In this document: in pieces, positions 1 to 9,373 of the stretch | How positions within the stretch are numbered: position 1 is the first letter of the stretch | Layout of the letters: each line of letters opens with the position of its first letter | From: Bacteroidales bacterium | GTDB lineage: Bacteria > Bacteroidota > Bacteroidia > Bacteroidales > UBA7332 | Length of the DNA: 64,000 bases | NCBI GenBank assembly: GCA_028687995.1 | Contig: JAQTZA010000007.1 | Location: 21,099 to 85,098 of the forward strand | Direction of reading: 5' to 3' | Notes under the pieces: model-generated | The model's database searches: none | Told to the model about the DNA's origin: nothing | Seen by the model: only the letters and a program-made list of their open reading frames with translations | Made by a program: the position numbers and the translations under genes

Positions 1-704
1 ATTTGTTCCACCAGAGGAATCAACACATGATCTTCAATTTGAGAGTGGATCCGAAGATCAAACTCTAATTCAGAGAGGCTAAAAAGCAACTTTCGACGAG
101 CAGATTGATCATTGCCCATGGGTAAAAACTTGACCAACAGATTCTTCAAGTCTGACAATTTCTCTTCAATGTTATCGTGGTGATCTTTGTATTCAGAGAC
201 CGAATAATCGATATTACTGGCAGTCAATATTTCTCCATCGAGTCGATTCAATAAATCGGTAATGTAAGGAAAGACGGTGCTGTTTTCATAATCGAGATGT
301 TCGGCTACCTCATCAAAATATTGCTTAAAGAAACCTTCCAACATCACAATCTCGGGATTTGGATTGAGCTTCTTAATCAACTGAATGTATGCTTTTATTT
401 GTGGATATTTCTCCTCTTTATAAAAATAATGGCAGTGGCGTAAATATGAAATAATCTGTTGCAAATCTTTCTTCTCATAACAAATGGAAGTTTGATGATT
501 CGACTCTACATACAAATCGGCTATCACCAAAAAAAGATCAACATGCAAATCATTTTCGTTACAAATTTGCTCCACTGTTTTCTCTTGAAGCATCAAATTG
601 ATTCGAAAATGCTCCAACATCAAAAAAAGATACGGATATCGAATAACCAACTCCGACACCATATCATCTGGTCGAACGGCACGATACATTGATTTATGAT
701 TCAT
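1..704 (-). CDS. Hemerythrin/HHE cation-binding domain protein (runs off the window start; absent from the ORF track)
   Basis: Manual translation from ATG at 704 is open to base 1: MNHKSMYRAVRPDDMVSELVIRYPYLFLMLEHF...EHLDYENSTVFPY...HHDNIEEKL...LRIHSQIEDHVLIPL. The repeated H-x3-E motifs are typical of hemerythrin-like helical bundles. Confidence 0.8.
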   Translation of the reverse strand, partial: MNHKSMYRAVRPDDMVSELVIRYPYLFLMLEHFRINLMLQEKTVEQICNENDLHVDLFLVIADLYVESNHQTSICYEKKDLQQIISYLRHCHYFYKEEKYPQIKAYIQLIKKLNPNPEIVMLEGFFKQYFDEVAEHLDYENSTVFPYITDLLNRLDGEILTASNIDYSVSEYKDHHDNIEEKLSDLKNLLVKFLPMGNDQSARRKLLFSLSELEFDLRIHSQIEDHVLIPLVEQ

Positions 705-728
705 AAAACTCTAATTCAAATTAATAAA

Positions 729-761
729 AAAAGGTACGAAGAGTGATTCTTCGTACCTTTT
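729..761 (-). terminator. Rho-independent terminator downstream of rmuC
   Basis: AAAAGGTACGAAGA-gtgat-TCTTCGTACCTTTT, a perfect 14-bp stem with A/T runs on both sides. Confidence 0.7.
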
Positions 762-801
762 AACAGTTTAACAACACTTAAAGTTCAGCAATTTAGCGTT
801 A

Positions 802-2133
802 TCAAATCTCTTCTTCCTCATCTGTCGGTGTAATACCTAGAATATTTTGAGATTCGCTGCTAGGTAATGACTCAACCTCCCGCAATTTACGTCTGATGGC
901 GTTACTCCTCGCACCCATCAATTCACTCAAATTATCACTCGCAGCATGTATATTTTTCTGAGCTTTATCGAGCATTCCTCCGAATTTTTCGAACTCACTT
1001 TTCACAGCACCCAGTATGGTCCACACTTCGCTGCTGCGTTTTTGCAGTGCCAAGGTTCGAAATCCCATCTGCAAACTATTCAGTATGGCTGCCAAGGTTG
1101 TTGGACCGGTTACTATCACTTTATAATCGCGCTGCAACTGTTCTAACAAAATCGATCGGCGGATCACTTCAGCAAAAATACTTTCGAACGGCAGGAATAA
1201 AATCGCAAAATCGGTGGTTCCGGGTGGGTCGATGTATTTATCCGAAATATCTTTTGCCATCTTTTTGATGGTCGATTCCAACAATTTTCCGGCTGTTTCT
1301 ATCAATGCCACATCCCCATTTTCGTAGGCATCAAGTAATTGTTCGTAGATCTCTTTCGGAAATTTCGCATCTATGGGCAAATAGACTCGCGTATCGGAGT
1401 CATCTCTACCGGGCAACTTCACCGCAAACTCCACCACATCCGAAGAGCCTTTCTTGGTGCGCACATTGGCTTCGTACTGATCTGGAGCAAGTATTTGTTC
1501 GAGCAACATAGCCAATTGCACTTCGCCTAGTATTCCACGGGTTTTCACGTTACTCAACACACGCTTCAGGCCGCCAACATCTTGCGCTATATTTCGCATT
1601 TCGCCCAATCCTTCTTGCACAATTTGAAGCTGTTTTGCTACTGTTTCAAAAGATTGACCAAGTCGCTCGTTCAACGTTTTCTGAAGTTTCTCGTCCACCG
1701 TTTGACGCATCTGTTCGAGCTTCTCTTCCGTTTTACGAATCATCTCTACCTGCGTTTTATCGAGTTGGGAGAATTTCTCTCGTTGCAGATTGTTGAACGA
1801 TTCGATGTTTTTATCCAGATTGGTTTGCGAATCTTTTAAGGTGGCAGTCAGCTCATCGCGGTTGGTTTTCAGTGCTAAGTTGATCTCGCTTCTATTCGCA
1901 GAGACGTTGGTTGCCATTTCGTCACGATTGGTTCGAAACTCCTCTTTTTGGCGCAATTCAAAATCAGCAATCCGTTTCTCTAACCTATTTTCGAGCTCAG
2001 CAATCCCTTTTTCTAGCCGTTCGGTTTGTTTGAGCAACTCATCACTCTCTCCTTTTAGCCCATTTTTCATCTGAAAAACGAGTACAATGAGTACAACTAT
2101 TGCAACACAGATTATTATTTCTACAACCAACAT
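802..2133 (-). CDS. rmuC: DNA recombination protein RmuC
   Basis: N-terminal TM segment and coiled coil, followed by NVKTRGILGEVQL, LPIDAKFP and FAILFLPFESIFAE motifs. Confidence 0.93.
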   Translation of the reverse strand: MLVVEIIICVAIVVLIVLVFQMKNGLKGESDELLKQTERLEKGIAELENRLEKRIADFELRQKEEFRTNRDEMATNVSANRSEINLALKTNRDELTATLKDSQTNLDKNIESFNNLQREKFSQLDKTQVEMIRKTEEKLEQMRQTVDEKLQKTLNERLGQSFETVAKQLQIVQEGLGEMRNIAQDVGGLKRVLSNVKTRGILGEVQLAMLLEQILAPDQYEANVRTKKGSSDVVEFAVKLPGRDDSDTRVYLPIDAKFPKEIYEQLLDAYENGDVALIETAGKLLESTIKKMAKDISDKYIDPPGTTDFAILFLPFESIFAEVIRRSILLEQLQRDYKVIVTGPTTLAAILNSLQMGFRTLALQKRSSEVWTILGAVKSEFEKFGGMLDKAQKNIHAASDNLSELMGARSNAIRRKLREVESLPSSESQNILGITPTDEEEEI

Positions 2134-2292
2134 AATGTTTTATTTAATTTGATAGTTCTACAAAACTACAGGAATATTTTCAGAAAAAGAATACAATCTG
2201 ACAATTATTATTTCAGTCAATATCTAGTTTATATTATAAAAAAAGGAAGAGCTAAAAACCCTTCCTTTGAATTGATTACATTATAGCTATAA

Positions 2293-3795
2293 CTACACAA
2301 ACTGTTGCCAAATGCTTCCCTTTTGATAATTCTCGATGATAACAGTGCTCTGCTCGTGGTTGTAATCACATACCAAATTTGCGACTTCTTGACGAAGCAT
2401 AGAGATTGCTCCATTTATCATATCCTGACGGAATCCTTTTTCACCCAACACTATGACCATATTCATAGAGGCAATTCGGCTCATCATACGACCTAGTTCT
2501 GTTAATTTACGCTGCTGTTGTTGCAAATCAAGATCAAAACTCACCAAATCTTTGACAATATCAGCTGCACGGCTGGTTAATGAATGACCTTTCAAGAATG
2601 TGTAAAGATTCTTCTCGCCAGCAACCTTCATCAGTTTTAGAAGAGCCTCACCAATTTGAATATAAAGAATATCATTTGAACCTTCAAAAATCTGGAACGG
2701 ACGGCTATCGACAATACCACGACCTGCAACGTGGTTGAGCTTGTATGCTGCTGCACCAACCAACGTAAGAAGTGATTGAGCTGAATCTTGCATTAAATCG
2801 GTAGTCACCGTTTTGATGATATTGGCTTCTAAACCATAAGGTGTCAAATCATTTTTAATATCAGCAAGTTCCACACTTTTCAAACTAAATGCAGAACAAA
2901 TCGTGTAGTCAGCTTGCAAACGAGCCAAGCGTTGTTGCACCTGATCATAAGAATAGAGCGATTTGCCACCAACTGCACGTTGCTGTGCATGTGCAATTGC
3001 TTCATCTAGCATCCGTTGTATAAAACCAAGACCCATACCTGGAAATTGAAGACGACTGCGATGCAAAAGATCAAGCATCATCTGAACACCGGTTGTATGA
3101 GGAATCAATCGTTGTACTTTTGGGATTTTTACATCCAAAATATTTCTACCGTAAGGAATTTGATATAATCCCAAATTTTCAAAATATTCTTCTACTACTA
3201 TCTGTTGATTGTGTGCAGAATTATCACAAATAAAGAAATCGACATCACGCATCAAACCACCATGTGGTGCTTGTTTGCGTGCAGTCAATAACCAAAAATC
3301 GGCTTGTCCGGTTAATCCTGCCCAATGTTTTGTCCCTTTGAGATGAAACGAATTTTCTTCTTCTACAAAAGAAGTTTGCATATTGAGGGCGTCGCTACCA
3401 AAACCAGGTTCAGTAATCATAAGTCCGCCCATGTTTTTCATTTTCATGAAACGATCAAACACAAATGCCTTAGCTTCTGATTGACCATATTTGGCAACTG
3501 GTTGCAAAAAAAGCGCACTATTGATACCAAAAGTCAGCGAGAGAGCCAACGATTCGTACGATGCTGCTGACAACAGCGTTAAATTTTCTTGTACAATATT
3601 TCCGCGTCCACCAAATTCTGTAGGAATACTTACAGATAGAGGATTGCAGGCCATTATTTCGCTCAAAACGTTTTCCGGTAAGCCGCGATTAACACTCAGC
3701 TTATTAATGTCGTTTTCTTCGTGAAACAGCGATTTGAGAGTTGTCTTGAATTCACTGATAAATGAATCGAACGATTTTGTCTGGGGTACTTGCAT
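2293..3795 (-). CDS. Acyl-CoA dehydrogenase family protein
   Basis: MITEPGFGSDA, LKGTKHWAG, R-x-VGG and FQIFEGSNDI motifs of the ACAD fold. Confidence 0.88.
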   Translation of the reverse strand: MQVPQTKSFDSFISEFKTTLKSLFHEENDINKLSVNRGLPENVLSEIMACNPLSVSIPTEFGGRGNIVQENLTLLSAASYESLALSLTFGINSALFLQPVAKYGQSEAKAFVFDRFMKMKNMGGLMITEPGFGSDALNMQTSFVEEENSFHLKGTKHWAGLTGQADFWLLTARKQAPHGGLMRDVDFFICDNSAHNQQIVVEEYFENLGLYQIPYGRNILDVKIPKVQRLIPHTTGVQMMLDLLHRSRLQFPGMGLGFIQRMLDEAIAHAQQRAVGGKSLYSYDQVQQRLARLQADYTICSAFSLKSVELADIKNDLTPYGLEANIIKTVTTDLMQDSAQSLLTLVGAAAYKLNHVAGRGIVDSRPFQIFEGSNDILYIQIGEALLKLMKVAGEKNLYTFLKGHSLTSRAADIVKDLVSFDLDLQQQQRKLTELGRMMSRIASMNMVIVLGEKGFRQDMINGAISMLRQEVANLVCDYNHEQSTVIIENYQKGSIWQQFV

Positions 3796-3827
3796 TATAA
3801 TTCTGATATTTGGTTGATTAACTAATT

Positions 3828-3850
3828 ATGACCCTATGTTTTAAGGTCAT
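3828..3850. promoter_or_regulatory. Candidate operator palindrome upstream of the acyl-CoA dehydrogenase gene
   Basis: ATGACCCTA-tgttt-TAAGGTCAT has 9-bp arms with one mismatch and lies about 33 nt upstream of the start codon. Confidence 0.35.
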
Positions 3851-4178
3851 TTATAATAACAAAACCTTTTGCTAAATGTTCTTAAATCAATTCGTAATTG
3901 TTGTATTATGAGCTCTATTTATAAAGCATAAAGATAAATTATTAGAATCGAATCGAATTCTAATCTTCTATTTTGATGAATATTCACTATTTGAATACTC
4001 GAATAACATGGTTTGGGAGAACAGAAAAAGAGTTGACAATTTCTTTTATCGTAAGGAAATGCTGTGCATAAATAACCTTAAATAGTTTGTTGGTAAAGGT
4101 TGTTACTTATTTGGGGAATGTGTCAATCCAAAATTCATTTTTTTGAAAACCACATTCAAAGGAAAGAAAAAAACAGTA

Positions 4179-4208
4179 GGGAAACACGAAGTTATCTTCG
4201 GATTTCCC
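4179..4208 (-). terminator. Probable terminator of the hdr/qmo-like operon
   Basis: The minus strand reads GGGAAATCCGAAG-ataa-CTTCGTGTTTCCC, then TACTG and a T-run. Confidence 0.55.
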
Positions 4209-4365
4209 CACCAAACTGTGTGTATTACTCATGAATTCATTAGTAATTCATTAGCCGTGAAGCTTTTGGTAATGGCGTTATTTTTGTTGCCGAGAAGCTT
4301 TAATATTAATCGAATGGATTCTTCAACTTCGAAGAGCTGCCTATTCTCTATTTTTCGACTAACAA

Positions 4366-4740
4366 TTAATGACTACAAGTATGACCATGCTCATGTGAAG
4401 AACAATTACTTCCACTATCTTTGACCTTGCCTAAGAGATATTGTAACACAAGGTCATTTACATCTCCATCACAATTTCTAATCACCGATACACCATGATC
4501 ATTGAGTTTATTAATAGCTCCATCGCCAATACCACCTGCCAACATCAGTTCAATTCCCATGGCTTGAAAAAGTTCTGAAACATTCGATTTACATCCACAC
4601 CCTTGTGGCGAGTCCATTCTTTCTTCGAAAATGATCTGATTTGTGCTCGAAATCTCGAAAATCTTATAGAAGGAGCAATGACCAAAATGAGCATCAACTT
4701 GATTATTTTCTTTTGTCGGAACTATAATCTTCATATTCAT
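4366..4740 (-). CDS. NifB/NifX (dinitrogenase FeMo-cofactor biosynthesis) family protein
   Basis: VDAHFGHCSFY, GCGCK and LAGGIGDGAINKL motifs, with a His/Cys-rich tail (CSSHEHGHTCSH). Confidence 0.85.
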   Translation of the reverse strand: MNMKIIVPTKENNQVDAHFGHCSFYKIFEISSTNQIIFEERMDSPQGCGCKSNVSELFQAMGIELMLAGGIGDGAINKLNDHGVSVIRNCDGDVNDLVLQYLLGKVKDSGSNCSSHEHGHTCSH

Positions 4741-4745
4741 ATTTT

Positions 4746-5798
4746 TTATTTACTCAGCTCAATCAATTTAGCAAAATACATAGCAAACGAACGATAGAGA
4801 AAGTGAGTCCATTTACCAAATGGAACAACGATTAACGCCCATTGTGCCAACACAATCAAATGAACGATAAAAATCCACAATTGGCTTTGGATCATATTCA
4901 TATCGATAGCTAATCTTACCAAAAAAGCAGTGAAACCCATCAATAGCAAACCAACTACAAAAAGCCAGTCAGAAGGTTGTGAGTGGGTACTAACCGCTTT
5001 CTGTTTTTTCAAGCGGCTATTCACAAAATCAGCTGTTATCACAAACACGGCGATACTCTCGATATAACCCAAAGCGATAACGAAGAGATTCTTCGAATCG
5101 AACCAATCCAGAAATACGGTGGTAAATAACAATGCCAGGTATCCGAAAACGAGGATCAAATGTTCGAACCATCGCACTTGATTATCGTCGCAGCCCAGCG
5201 AACGTTTTTGGGTAAACATGTGGACAAAGAAATCCCCCGAAGCTTTAAAGTAAGTAGCAAAAGCAACTTTTTTCTTCGGCTTGATAATTACAAAATACCA
5301 CATTCTGATGATGTTGGGCACCAACACAACGGCAAAGACCGAACCAATGGCAATCATTTCGAAATAGTGTCCATAATGCATCAGAGATTCCAATTCGAAG
5401 TTTTGCTGATATGCAAATCCAACAACGCCTAATGCCACGACTATCAATGAAATGAGGGTAACGGCAAGCGATTTATACAAAAGTCCAGAAAATCCGGTCC
5501 AATCGTATTTGGCTGTCAGCCAACGGCGAAGCGACATCATCAATTCTCCCGGATTTGCATCTTGCGGACAGTGCAACGAACATTCGCCACAATAGTAGCA
5601 AAGCCAGGGTTTGAGAGAAGCTTCAATCTCTTGATCTTGTCCCAAGGTGCTACATCTCACCATATTACGCGGGAATGAGTCTTCGGGTGTAGAGAGTGAG
5701 CAAACGGCGGTACACGTTCCGCAATTGTAACACGCATTGAAGTTTTCTGCTCCGTACTCTTTTAGTTTTTCTCCAAATTTAGGATTTATGTTTGCCAT
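4746..5798 (-). CDS. QmoC-like membrane protein: HdrC-type 2x[4Fe-4S] domain fused to an HdrE/cytochrome-b-like membrane domain
   Basis: CYNCGTCTAVC and CYYCGECSLHCP motifs plus NPGELMMSLRR, then about 6 hydrophobic helices with His residues (FEHLIL, IVHLIV, KWTHFLYR). Confidence 0.8.
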   Translation of the reverse strand: MANINPKFGEKLKEYGAENFNACYNCGTCTAVCSLSTPEDSFPRNMVRCSTLGQDQEIEASLKPWLCYYCGECSLHCPQDANPGELMMSLRRWLTAKYDWTGFSGLLYKSLAVTLISLIVVALGVVGFAYQQNFELESLMHYGHYFEMIAIGSVFAVVLVPNIIRMWYFVIIKPKKKVAFATYFKASGDFFVHMFTQKRSLGCDDNQVRWFEHLILVFGYLALLFTTVFLDWFDSKNLFVIALGYIESIAVFVITADFVNSRLKKQKAVSTHSQPSDWLFVVGLLLMGFTAFLVRLAIDMNMIQSQLWIFIVHLIVLAQWALIVVPFGKWTHFLYRSFAMYFAKLIELSK

Positions 5799-6076
5799 TA
5801 TTGTTTCAATTTATAGGTATAATACTCATCCATATCGTCGATCTCGCCGGTTTCTACCCAACCGAATTTTACCATCGACAACAGATTATACATCACTTCG
5901 TGGGTTGGCATCTCCAACTTTTGAGACAATTGAAGTATAGTCATATCACTCTCTTTCAAAGCATCAAGAATTCTTTTCTTAATTTGGGTGAACGCCTTTA
6001 AGTTCTCCTTTACTTGCTCCGATACGCCTTGTTTATCTCTAAGATATTTGGCCGTTTTTCCTTTTTCAACTTCCAT
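5798..6076 (-). CDS. Small winged-helix protein
   Basis: ILDALKESDMTILQLSQKLEMPTHEVMYNLLSMVKFGWV fits a wHTH pattern. The stop codon overlaps the ATG of the QmoC-like gene. Confidence 0.7.
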   Translation of the reverse strand: MEVEKGKTAKYLRDKQGVSEQVKENLKAFTQIKKRILDALKESDMTILQLSQKLEMPTHEVMYNLLSMVKFGWVETGEIDDMDEYYTYKLKQ

Positions 6077-6086
6077 TTTATGTCTG

Positions 6087-8027
6087 TTAAATCTGTTCTG
6101 TTAACGCATCTATCATATTCATAATCTCTTTGCTGGAGAAGGTAACCAAGTCAATCGCATCCGTTGGACAAACAGGTGTACACATGCCACAACCTTTGCA
6201 AACCGTGGTATTGACAACGGCTATTTTTCGATCACCATCGAGACCTTGTGTAATGGCATCGAACGGACAAGCTGTTGAACATTCATTACACCACGTACAT
6301 TTGACAGCGTCGATTTCTACCACAATCGGTTCGGTCTCCAATTCGCCTTTGCTGATGTATGAAAATGCTTTAGTAGCAGCGGAGAGAGAGGAGTTGACCG
6401 ATTCTGCTACGTTTTTCGGACTTTGGCAAGTACCGGCAATCGTGATACCGTCAATCGCTGTCTCTACCGGACGAAGTTTCATGTGAATCTCGTTCAGAAA
6501 ACGATCGCGACCTTTTGGCAATTTGAATAAAGTGCTTACTTTCTTATCCGATCTGGGCACCATACCGGTAACCAACACCACCAAATCAACCTCCACTTGC
6601 ATCTCTTTCGATTCTGTCAGAATATCATTCACCTTCACCCATGTTCTTCCATTTTCGGAATAAACTTCGGCGGGAGAATCGTCTGTTGCCTGAAGATAAA
6701 GATCACCTAATTTTAAGGATTCTGCATACAAAACCTCTTGTTTTCCGTACGTGCGAATGCCCCGATTGAAATGAAAATTGTGGATATTCTTGAACTTCTT
6801 TTTCGCAATAATGGCACTGTGAATGGTTGACGTGCAGCAATACCGTGAACAGTAGCTGTTGCCTTCGTCACCCTGACGACTACCTACGCAATAGATGTAG
6901 GCAATATTTTTTATCTCTTTGCCTTTGTAAATCAGTTTTGATTCACTGTTGTCTATCAGTTTTTTGAATTGTGGTAATGTAATCACACTTTCGTTTTCTG
7001 CATATCCAAACTCTCCATTTTCAGGAGTATAAGGATCGAAACCGGTTGCCATCAGCACCGAACCAACGTGCAACTCCACCATCTCTTTTTGCAAAGATAG
7101 ATCGATGTTTTTACTCACCTTCTCACAAGCACCACAGTGGGTACAAGCGGCATCATCGATGGTTGCCTGTTTGGGATATTGGCTTGCCGCAAATCCATAA
7201 ATAGCTTTGCGATTGGTAATGCCAAAGGTAAAAGGATCGGGCACAACCACCGGACAAACGTCCATCGCCTTTTGAAGCTCTTTCGCATCACAATCTTGAG
7301 AAATGTACCTCGGTGTCGTTTCAATTTTCAAACTGAAATCACCAATACTACCTGAATAAGAAACCACTTCAGAATTGGTGTAGATTTGCACGTTTTTGCG
7401 TGTTACCAACTGAGCATACAACGATGAAATCAGTTCATTTCCAGTCTGATTGGTCGTGAACATTTCGCCCCACTGACCTACTCTTCCACCAATGAATGGC
7501 TCTCTTTCAATCAACACGACCTGCGTATTTTTGTCTGACAAAGAGATAGCCGCTTTCAATCCGGCAACACCTCCACCAATAACAGCCACCGCATTGATTG
7601 CCATAATCTTATTTGGTGTGAGAGATTCTGCCAATCGCGCTTTTGCAATCGCAGCTTTCACGAGTAAAATGGTCTTCTCAGTCGCTCCTTTTTTATCATC
7701 GGAATGTGCCCACGATGCTTGCTCGCGAATGTTGGCATGAACGTAGTTATACTTATTCAAATCAGCTCTTTCGCTCACTTGGCGAAAGGTATTCAAATGC
7801 AGTTTTGGAGAACAAGACGCCACTACGATTCCAGATAAATTTTGTTCCTGAATGTCGAGTACCATCTCTTTCTGATTCGAATCGGAGCAGGCGAACTGAG
7901 TCGTTTTTGACATCAGCACACATCCATCATTTTCGATTGCTTCTCTCACTTTTTCCACGTCAACGTAGTCGGATATATTTCCACCACAATGACATATATA
8001 GACACCTAATCTTTTATCCATTTTCAA
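6087..8027 (-). CDS. hdrA: Heterodisulfide reductase subunit A-like flavoprotein (full-length)
   Basis: N-terminal YICHCG/FACS/ASCSP Cys domain, GGGVAG FAD motif, CVGSR...CSRYCC, and a C-terminal 2x[4Fe-4S] domain (CTWCNECSTACP, CKGCGMCTPVCP). Confidence 0.9.
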   Translation of the reverse strand: MKMDKRLGVYICHCGGNISDYVDVEKVREAIENDGCVLMSKTTQFACSDSNQKEMVLDIQEQNLSGIVVASCSPKLHLNTFRQVSERADLNKYNYVHANIREQASWAHSDDKKGATEKTILLVKAAIAKARLAESLTPNKIMAINAVAVIGGGVAGLKAAISLSDKNTQVVLIEREPFIGGRVGQWGEMFTTNQTGNELISSLYAQLVTRKNVQIYTNSEVVSYSGSIGDFSLKIETTPRYISQDCDAKELQKAMDVCPVVVPDPFTFGITNRKAIYGFAASQYPKQATIDDAACTHCGACEKVSKNIDLSLQKEMVELHVGSVLMATGFDPYTPENGEFGYAENESVITLPQFKKLIDNSESKLIYKGKEIKNIAYIYCVGSRQGDEGNSYCSRYCCTSTIHSAIIAKKKFKNIHNFHFNRGIRTYGKQEVLYAESLKLGDLYLQATDDSPAEVYSENGRTWVKVNDILTESKEMQVEVDLVVLVTGMVPRSDKKVSTLFKLPKGRDRFLNEIHMKLRPVETAIDGITIAGTCQSPKNVAESVNSSLSAATKAFSYISKGELETEPIVVEIDAVKCTWCNECSTACPFDAITQGLDGDRKIAVVNTTVCKGCGMCTPVCPTDAIDLVTFSSKEIMNMIDALTEQI

Positions 8028-8077
8028 TGTTTCGATTGTCGGTTTTTACTTTTATTTCTTTTACAATTCTGATTCGG

Positions 8078-9373
8078 TTACTTCAACAGATAACTAATGG
8101 CTTCTGATGAAGCAGATCCTGCCGAAAGAATAGCATCTGGAATATCCATCGGGCCTGTAGCAGTTCCTGCCACAAAAACGCCGTCAATACTGGTATGCGA
8201 AGGGTTTGCCAATCCATCGGTTTGATGAACAAAACGATACGGATCGAGCATCAATTGCTCCTCTGAGAAAAGTGAAGTGGTTCCTTCATTGGGTAAAACA
8301 CCCACCGAAAGAATCACCATATCGTGCTCCTCTTCTTTCACTATGCCTTCGTTGATATCCTCGTAGCGCAACATCAGATTCCCATTTTCGGTTTCTGAGA
8401 TTGAGCCAACTTTACCTTTCACAAAATTGACACCCATTCCCTTTGCCTGTTGGTAAAAATCTTCGAATCCTTTACCAAAAGCTCTGATATTGATGTAGTA
8501 GATAGTCACATCCGCCATGGGCAAAGCACCCATCAACAGTTGCGATTGCTTGATAGAATACATACAGCAAATCTGTGAACAGATCGGATTTCCGACCGAA
8601 GCATCACGCGATCCCACGCAAAGTACATACGCAATTTTATCAGGCACTTTTCCATCGCTGGGTCTCAAAATGGTATTGAATGGACGGGTCGGTGCAATTT
8701 CACGCTCCATTTGCAGAGAGGTGAGCACATTTTTATATTTTCCAAAACCATATCGGGGAATACGGTTGGCGTCGAACATCTCAAATCCGGTAGCCAAAAT
8801 CACCGTTTTGAATTGCATCTCTAAATGTTCTACCTCCTGAGTAAAATCGATACAATTTGTCGGACAAGCTCGTTCGCAGGCACCACACAACGTACAATTT
8901 TCAATATCGATGGCTGCTGCTTTCGGGCTGGCAATGCTAAAAGGAATATATGCGGCTTTACGGCCAATCAACCCAAACTGGTATTGGTCGCGCACACTTA
9001 CCGGACATGCTTTTTCGCACAATTGGCAAGCGGTACAATCTTCTACTCTCACGTATCGTGGTTGACGGGTGATATTCGCCACAAAATGATTATCGGCAAC
9101 CCGTCTGATATTGGAAGCCTCTGAACCGGTAAAGATGGTGATATTGGGATGACGCGAAATTTCAGATACTTTGGGCGTAGTGATACAGGCTGAGCAATCT
9201 AAAGTCGGGAAAACTTTACTCAACTTGATCATATTGCCGCCCACCGACAAATCTTTTTCTACCAACAATACCTTAAATCCGTTTACGGCTAAGTTTAGTG
9301 CGGCTTCGCCGCCTGCTATGCCTGCTCCGACGACTAATGCATCGTAAGAAACACTATTTTTCGTTGAACTCAT
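8078..9373 (-). CDS. hdrA: Heterodisulfide reductase subunit A-like flavoprotein (short, QmoA-sized)
   Basis: GAGIAG FAD motif, FPTLDCSAC, an inserted 2x[4Fe-4S] domain (CTACQLCEKACP, CTLCGACERACP) and CVGSR...CSQICCMYSIK. It lacks the N-terminal and C-terminal Fe-S domains. Confidence 0.9.
   Translation of the reverse strand: MSSTKNSVSYDALVVGAGIAGGEAALNLAVNGFKVLLVEKDLSVGGNMIKLSKVFPTLDCSACITTPKVSEISRHPNITIFTGSEASNIRRVADNHFVANITRQPRYVRVEDCTACQLCEKACPVSVRDQYQFGLIGRKAAYIPFSIASPKAAAIDIENCTLCGACERACPTNCIDFTQEVEHLEMQFKTVILATGFEMFDANRIPRYGFGKYKNVLTSLQMEREIAPTRPFNTILRPSDGKVPDKIAYVLCVGSRDASVGNPICSQICCMYSIKQSQLLMGALPMADVTIYYINIRAFGKGFEDFYQQAKGMGVNFVKGKVGSISETENGNLMLRYEDINEGIVKEEEHDMVILSVGVLPNEGTTSLFSEEQLMLDPYRFVHQTDGLANPSHTSIDGVFVAGTATGPMDIPDAILSAGSASSEAISYLLK

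Noticed and set aside
459-692. 77-aa plus-strand ORF in the track
   Set aside because: It is an antisense shadow of the hemerythrin-like gene (1-704, minus strand).
2293-3795. Acyl-CoA dehydrogenase as part of the Hdr-like operon
   Set aside because: It is separated by 570 bp containing a terminator and its own candidate operator, and there are no etf genes.
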